Shown piece after piece: positions 59,116 to 64,000 of a stretch of 64,000 bases of DNA. Below the pieces are notes generated by a model, which made no database searches, was not told the DNA's origin, and saw nothing but the letters and a program-made list of their open reading frames with translations. The DNA is from Collinsella sp. (GTDB lineage: Bacteria; Actinomycetota; Coriobacteriia; Coriobacteriales; Coriobacteriaceae): positions 7,614-71,613 of the forward strand of contig JAHYYL010000003.1 of assembly GCA_019424965.1 (NCBI GenBank). The letters are read 5' to 3'. The number at the start of each line of letters is the position of its first letter. Position 1 is the first letter of the stretch. The translations under genes and the position numbers were made by a program.

Positions 59116-59250
59116 ATCCGGGGGCGGGACGGGGTTTCTCTCCGGAACGTCCTCGGACATGCAAAGAGGCTCCGCATCGCGCTTCGCGCTGCGGAGCCTC
59201 TTTGCGTCCTGCGGAATGTTCCGGAGAGAAACCCCGTCACGCCCCCGGAT
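59116..59250 (+). repeat. Nested long hairpin element P2 directly downstream of groEL (same family as 3816..3936)
   Basis: 33-bp outer inverted repeat (ATCCGGGGGCGGGACGGGGTTTCTCTCCGGAAC / GTTCCGGAGAGAAACCCCGTCACGCCCCCGGAT, 1 mismatch). Inner stem CAAAGAGGCTCCGCA/TGCGGAGCCTCTTTG. Carries GTCCTCGGACATG, CGCGCTTCGCGC and GTCCTGCGGAA as in P1. Confidence 0.7.
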
Positions 59251-59454
59251 CCCCTGCGTTTACGGCCTTGAGGTCGGCTCGCGGAGAAGGTCGTGGTTGA
59301 TAGGAGTACGTGTCCCTTTCGCTGTTTCGCGCTTTGCGCGAAAGGCGCGCTACTTTGGGATGGGTGGGGAACGTGGTTGTTGCGGCAACTGATCCCCGCC
59401 ACAAATTACCCTCGGCATACTTGCGCGAACGATTGCTCGTGCTACACTTGCAAG

Positions 59455-59640
59455 TGCTGTTTCAGGGCGGGGTGGAATTCCCCACTGGCGGTAAACCGGG
59501 CGGTGCCAAAGGGGTGCCGTGGCGCAGGCGAGGCGTCTGCGACCGAGCCGATGAGTCCGCGACCCGTGTGTGCGTTGGTTCGCATGCCGGCTGAACTGGT
59601 GAGATTCCAGTACCAACGGTTAGAGTCCGGATGAAAGAGG
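59455..59640 (+). promoter_or_regulatory. FMN riboswitch (RFN element)
   Basis: ..TTTCAGGGCGGGGTGGAATTCCCCACTGGCGGTAAA.. and ..AACTGGTGAGATTCCAGTACCAACGGTTAGAGTCCGGATGAAAGAGG.. match conserved RFN cores. The P1 3' strand abuts the ribU RBS. Confidence 0.85.
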
Positions 59641-59651
59641 CAGGTGATCTT

Positions 59652-60242
59652 ATGTCTGAACAGTCGCAGCATATCCATTTTGAGAACACGAATAGGTGGA
59701 GCACCAAACAGCTCGTTACCATGGCGCTGATGTGCGCCTTGGGTGCCCTGTTTATGTATGTGCAGCTGCCCATTCTTCCCTCGGCGCCGTTTTTGACGTA
59801 TGACCCGTCGCTGGTGCCGGCGATGGTGTGCGGGTTTGCGTATGGTCCCGGCGCCGGTACCGCTGTTGCCGCTATGGCTATCGTTATCCATGCGCTCACC
59901 ACGGGTGACTGGGTCGGCGCGCTTATGAACTTGGTTGCTACGCTGGGTTATATTCTGCCCGCGGCTATCGTCTACCAGAAGATGCATACCTATAAGGGTG
60001 CCGTGATTGGTCTGGTGCTCGGCGTTATTGCCGCTACGGCGTTGTCTATGGTCGCAAACCTTACCATTGGCGTATGGTTCTGGTATGGCTCGGTTGATGT
60101 GATCGCCCCGCTCATGATTCCTGCCGTGCTGCCGTTCAACCTCATCAAGACCGTGCTCAACTCGGTATTGACGCTGGCGGTGTACAAGGCGGTCTCTAAT
60201 CTCATCACGCCCAAAAAGGACCAGGTAAAAGGTCGCGCATGA
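59652..60242 (+). CDS. ribU: ECF transporter S component for riboflavin
   Basis: Start MSEQSQH... 6-TM S-component-like sequence immediately behind the FMN riboswitch. Stop overlaps the ecfA start (ATGA). Confidence 0.8.
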   Translation: MSEQSQHIHFENTNRWSTKQLVTMALMCALGALFMYVQLPILPSAPFLTYDPSLVPAMVCGFAYGPGAGTAVAAMAIVIHALTTGDWVGALMNLVATLGYILPAAIVYQKMHTYKGAVIGLVLGVIAATALSMVANLTIGVWFWYGSVDVIAPLMIPAVLPFNLIKTVLNSVLTLAVYKAVSNLITPKKDQVKGRA

Positions 60243-62143
60243 TTGAGTGCCGAGGTGTTTCCTTTAGCTATGACGGTGCCGTACCGGCACTCGACGGCGT
60301 CGATCTGAACATTGAGGACGGGGAGTTTTTCTGCATCCTCGGTGGCAATGGGTCGGGCAAGTCGACGTTTGCCAAGCATCTGAATGCACTGTTGCAGCCC
60401 GATGCGGGCACGGTACGCATCAACGGCATGGACGCGTCCGATCCCGAGCTGGTCTACGACATCCGCTCGACTGCGGGCATGGTATTCCAGAATCCCGATG
60501 ACCAGCTGGTGGCAACGCTTGTCGAAGATGACGTTGCGTTTGGCCCCGAAAACCTTGGCGTTCCATCGGCGCAAATTGCGCAGCGCGTACGCGAGGCGCT
60601 GAAGGGCGTGGGCCTGGTGGGCTTTGAGCGCCACGAGACCCATGCGCTTTCGGGCGGCCAAAAGCAGCGCGTGGCGCTTGCCGGCGTGCTCGCCATGGAA
60701 CCGCGCGTGCTCATCTTGGACGAGGCTTCCTCGATGCTCGATCCGCGTGGACGCAAGGGCCTCATGAAGGCTTGCCGCGTGTTGCATGCTCGCGGCATGA
60801 CCATCGTGATGATTACGCACTTTATGGAAGAGGCCGCCGAGGCCGATCGTGTCGCGGTGTTTCGGGCGGGGCGCGTTGCCATGCTCGGTACGCCCGAGGA
60901 AATCTTGACGCGGGCGGACGAACTTGCGCAGCTCAACCTGGATATGCCGGCGTCGTGCTGCTTGGGCATGGCACTTCGTGCGAAGGGCGTGCCCGTTCAT
61001 GCGCAGGTGCGCGAGGCGGATATGGTCGCCGAGATTGCGCAGGTATATGCCGACCGGAGTGGGGTAGACATCGTGGAGCGGCCCTTTGGGTCCGATCCTC
61101 GTATGCTCGACAACGCATCCTCTGCAAACGATGGAACAGCAGCGTCGGAGCCCGTCATAGAGCTATCCCATGTTTCGTACAGTTATTCGCTCAGTCCGCG
61201 CGAGCGTCGCCGCTGGCATAAGCGCTCGGCCGTTGCGGGCAAATCGAGCAAACAGGCTCTCTGGGGAAACGACCCCAGCAGCCCGTGGGCGCTGCGCGAT
61301 GTATCGCTGACGGTGCGTCGCGGCGAGTTCCTGGGCTTAGCAGGCCATACCGGTTCGGGTAAGTCGACGCTGGTCCAGCATCTCAACGGTTTGATTCGCC
61401 CCCAGGAGGGTTCCGTTTACGCGTTGGGGCTCGACCTGGCAAACAAGAAAGATGCCGCCGCGGTTAAGGCCAAGGTCGGCGTGGTGTTTCAATATCCCGA
61501 GCGTCAGCTGTTTGCCGAAACCGTGACGCAGGACGTGGCGTTTGGCCCGCACAACCTTGGCTTGTCGCAGGCCGAGGTCGCGCGCCGCGTTGAGTCATCG
61601 CTCGCGCGCGTGGGCCTCGACTTGGCCACGGTGGGCGACAAGAGTCCCTTTGAGCTTTCGGGTGGCCAACAGCGGCGCGTGGCGTTTGCCGGCGTGCTTG
61701 CCATGGAGCCCGAGGTCCTGGTACTCGATGAGCCCATGGCGGGGCTCGATCCGGCGGCGCGCAGTGATTTCCTGGAGCTCATCGATCGACTTCACCATGG
61801 GGGCCTGACCGTCGTCATGGTCTCACACAGTATGGATGACCTCGCCAATTGCTGCGATCGTATTGTCGTGATGAACGAGGGCGCGGTGTTTGCTGAGGGC
61901 ACGCCCGCTCAGGTTTTTGCGCATGCGGATGAGCTTAAATCAATCGGCTTGGGTGTTCCCGCTGCCCAGCGCATGGCGTTGGCGCTCGCGGAAGCGGGCG
62001 TGCCGCTGCATCGCGGCGGGCTCTATACGGTTGAGTCGTTGGCCGACGAGTTGGCAGATTTGCCGATCGGTCGCTCAGGCGGTTCTTCTAACGTCTCGGA
62101 CAAGGCCAAATCCGAAACGGTCGCGCGAGAGGAGGGTTGCTGA
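60239..62143 (+). CDS. Fused ECF transporter ATPases (EcfA1-EcfA2 in one polypeptide)
   Basis: 634 aa with two complete ABC cassettes: GGNGSGKST/LSGGQKQRVA/LILDEASSMLD and GHTGSGKST/LSGGQQRRVA/LVLDEPMAGLD. Confidence 0.9.
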   Translation: MIECRGVSFSYDGAVPALDGVDLNIEDGEFFCILGGNGSGKSTFAKHLNALLQPDAGTVRINGMDASDPELVYDIRSTAGMVFQNPDDQLVATLVEDDVAFGPENLGVPSAQIAQRVREALKGVGLVGFERHETHALSGGQKQRVALAGVLAMEPRVLILDEASSMLDPRGRKGLMKACRVLHARGMTIVMITHFMEEAAEADRVAVFRAGRVAMLGTPEEILTRADELAQLNLDMPASCCLGMALRAKGVPVHAQVREADMVAEIAQVYADRSGVDIVERPFGSDPRMLDNASSANDGTAASEPVIELSHVSYSYSLSPRERRRWHKRSAVAGKSSKQALWGNDPSSPWALRDVSLTVRRGEFLGLAGHTGSGKSTLVQHLNGLIRPQEGSVYALGLDLANKKDAAAVKAKVGVVFQYPERQLFAETVTQDVAFGPHNLGLSQAEVARRVESSLARVGLDLATVGDKSPFELSGGQQRRVAFAGVLAMEPEVLVLDEPMAGLDPAARSDFLELIDRLHHGGLTVVMVSHSMDDLANCCDRIVVMNEGAVFAEGTPAQVFAHADELKSIGLGVPAAQRMALALAEAGVPLHRGGLYTVESLADELADLPIGRSGGSSNVSDKAKSETVAREEGC

Positions 62144-62943
62144 TGGAGGCGTTTTCGTTTGGCAGCTACTATCCGAGCGATAGCGCGATCCATCGCCTGG
62201 ATCCGCGCACCAAGCTGCTCCTGGGCTTTGTGTTTTTGATCACGACGCTGACCGTCGGCGGCTTCCGCGGATTGGCCCCTGTCGCAATTTTCGTTGTGCT
62301 GATCTATGTCGTGTCCCGGGTGCCGGCTCGTCGCGTTCTGTCGTCGATGGCGCCGCTGCTGGCAATCGTCGTCGTGGTCGCGGTGCTCAACTTGTTTACC
62401 GATCAGAGTGGGCGCATCCTGTGGCAGCTCGGCTTTCTGCAGATAAGCGAGGGCTCACTGCGTTCTGCCGCCTTTATGGCGTGTCGCCTGACCCTGATGA
62501 TGGCCGGCATGAGCGCCATTACGCTCACCACACCGACGCTCGACCTCACCGCGGGCTTTGAGCGTCTGCTCGCACCGCTTGCGCGCGTGGGGCTTCCGGC
62601 GCATGAGCTCGGCATGATCATGGGCATCGCGTTGCGCTTTATGCCGCAGTTCGCCACCGAGATGAAGCAGACGGCGGACGCGCAGGCAAGCCGCGGTGCA
62701 CGCGTAACGGGTGGCCCGCTCGGCGGCGTGCGTATGCTCGGCAGTGTGGCGATTCCACTGTTCACGGGCGTGTTCCGTCATGCCGAGACGCTGTCTGCCG
62801 CCATGGATGCACGCTGCTATCACGGCGAGCAGGGCCGCACGCGTCTGCATGCGCTTGCATTTCGCCGCGGGGATGCGCTGGCTGCGGTGGTGACGATGCT
62901 GCTGTTTGCGTGTGTCATCGTCGTCAACCTTCAACTTGTTTAG
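62143..62943 (+). CDS. ecfT: ECF transporter transmembrane (T) component
   Basis: Start MEAFSFGSYYP.. (GAGGAGGG RBS, TGATG overlap with the ecfA stop). ..DPRTKLL.., ..ALRFMPQF..ADAQASRGA.. CbiQ/EcfT motifs. Confidence 0.85.
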   Translation: MEAFSFGSYYPSDSAIHRLDPRTKLLLGFVFLITTLTVGGFRGLAPVAIFVVLIYVVSRVPARRVLSSMAPLLAIVVVVAVLNLFTDQSGRILWQLGFLQISEGSLRSAAFMACRLTLMMAGMSAITLTTPTLDLTAGFERLLAPLARVGLPAHELGMIMGIALRFMPQFATEMKQTADAQASRGARVTGGPLGGVRMLGSVAIPLFTGVFRHAETLSAAMDARCYHGEQGRTRLHALAFRRGDALAAVVTMLLFACVIVVNLQLV

Positions 62944-62973
62944 GCGCGATTCGAGCGCAAGAAAGGGGTCCCT

Positions 62974-63420
62974 ATGACCGACAACGACCGCACAGCTCAG
63001 CTTGAGCGCGCCTGCTCGTATCTCAGGCGCATTCCGGCGTGGTATCTGGCCACGACCGATGTGGCCGACGGGCATCAGCCTCGCGTGAGGCCGTTTTCGT
63101 TTGCCATGGTCGATGAAGGTAAGCTGTGGTTTTGCACGTCGCGCGACAAGGATGTGTGGGCGGAGCTGAGTGCGAATCCCAAGTTTGAGCTCTCGGGCTG
63201 GAAGCCGGGGGAATGCTGGATCGTATTGACCGGCGAAGCCGCACTTGAGGACGACGCAGTTGCGAGCGACAAGGTGCGTCAAGCGGGTTTTAAGCACATG
63301 GTGGGCATCGGCGAGGAACACGAGAGTGCCAACGACGGCCGCCTTGCTTTCTTTTCGGTCCGCAACATTGCCGCGCGCTTCTGTGATATCGACGGCAGCG
63401 AGGAGCGCCTGGAGCTCTAG
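62974..63420 (+). CDS. Pyridoxamine 5'-phosphate oxidase-like (split-barrel, FMN-binding) family protein
   Basis: 148 aa. ..PAWYLATTDVADGHQPRVRPFSF..DEGKLWFCTSRDKDVW..L..NPKFE... Confidence 0.7.
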   Translation: MTDNDRTAQLERACSYLRRIPAWYLATTDVADGHQPRVRPFSFAMVDEGKLWFCTSRDKDVWAELSANPKFELSGWKPGECWIVLTGEAALEDDAVASDKVRQAGFKHMVGIGEEHESANDGRLAFFSVRNIAARFCDIDGSEERLEL

Positions 63421-63471
63421 CGCGTCTCAAATTAACTACCCGTTCCGAATTAGCTAGCGCCAGGAGGACAC

Positions 63472-63882
63472 ATGGACGGATTGAATACGGTGTTGGAGTA
63501 TCTGACGTCGGTGCCGGCATGGTATTTGGCGACGAGCGTTGACGGACAGCCTCATGTGCGTCCGTTTTCGTTTGCGCAGATCCAGGACGGCAAGCTGTGG
63601 TTTGTAACAGCGCGCACCAAAGATGTGTGGCAAGAGCTGCTGCAAAACCAGCGCTTTGAGGCCACGAGTTGGTGGCCGGGCCATGGCTGGCTCATCTTGC
63701 GCGGGCGTGCCGGCTTGGATGACCGGGCTTTAGGCGAAATGCGCGAAGCTGGGTGGAAGCATCTAGAGCGCCTGGGCGAGCACTATGAGGGGCCTAACGA
63801 CCCCACGCTCGTCTTCTTTAGCGTCGAGGATCCCGAGGCTTTTATCTGCAATCACGACGAATGGGTGCCGGTCGAGCTCTAG
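63472..63882 (+). CDS. Pyridoxamine 5'-phosphate oxidase-like family protein (paralog of the previous gene)
   Basis: 136 aa. ..PAWYLATSVDGQPHVRPFSFAQIQDGKLWFVTARTKDVWQELLQNQRFE.. is clearly paralogous to 62974..63420. Confidence 0.7.
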   Translation: MDGLNTVLEYLTSVPAWYLATSVDGQPHVRPFSFAQIQDGKLWFVTARTKDVWQELLQNQRFEATSWWPGHGWLILRGRAGLDDRALGEMREAGWKHLERLGEHYEGPNDPTLVFFSVEDPEAFICNHDEWVPVEL

Positions 63883-63918
63883 CCAGCTGGCTCATCCTAA
63901 CAACTTGGTTTCGCATGG

Positions 63919-63972
63919 GCGGGCCCCGTATTGCCCGGCGCCGTTAGGAGCGCCGGTCAATACGGGGCCCGC
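63919..63972 (+). terminator. Long GC-rich hairpin after the second PNPOx-like gene
   Basis: GCGGGCCCCGTATTGCCCGGCG / CGCCGGTCAATACGGGGCCCGC (about 22 bp) with loop CCGTTAGGAG. The T-run is weak. Confidence 0.5.
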
Positions 63973-64000
63973 TCCATTTGTCAATTCCTTCAAGCGAATG

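Overview
This is a high-GC chromosomal segment of roughly 60-65% GC by eye. Gene content and protein sequences look like a gut Actinomycetota of the class Coriobacteriia, Collinsella-like; that assignment is an inference and was not searched. About 50 genes are tightly packed and mostly housekeeping or transport. They include: a MacB-type ABC/FtsX pair, pfkA, an Ntn (choloylglycine-type) hydrolase, an M18 aminopeptidase, a 2-hydroxyacid dehydrogenase, map, a radical-SAM protein, a degenerate-GGDEF/REC/HD-GYP protein with an orphan Hpt, a polar amino-acid ABC operon, dxs, amt-glnK, a TetR-MFS pair, a TetR gene followed by a 1593-aa fused 'double activase + dehydratase-like' gene, an OPT transporter, coaX, dCMP deaminase, nfu, lgt, yebC, the amaP-DUF2273-asp23 cluster, two amidohydrolases, an LtaS-type sulfatase, groES-groEL, and an FMN-riboswitch-controlled ribU-ecfA1A2(fused)-ecfT operon followed by two PNPOx-like genes. 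I saw no rRNA, tRNA, CRISPR array, transposase, integrase or phage genes. There are two likely pseudogenes: a 3-hydroxyacyl-CoA dehydrogenase with an in-frame TAG, and a truncated AAC(3). The unusual content is non-coding, where several families of structured or palindromic intergenic elements recur. (i) A long nested hairpin with identical internal motifs but completely different, self-complementary stems sits directly after pfkA and groEL. (ii) Three tandem 55-bp palindromic units lie upstream of the amino-acid ABC operon. (iii) A 52-bp element occurs four times, always in the same orientation. (iv) A 34-bp perfect inverted repeat and a recurring GGGACGGGG core are present. (v) Two MITE-like ~200-240-bp elements are present. 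Many long antisense 'shadow' ORFs in the track are artefacts of high GC. All calls rest on reading the sequence and translations, and no database search was possible.
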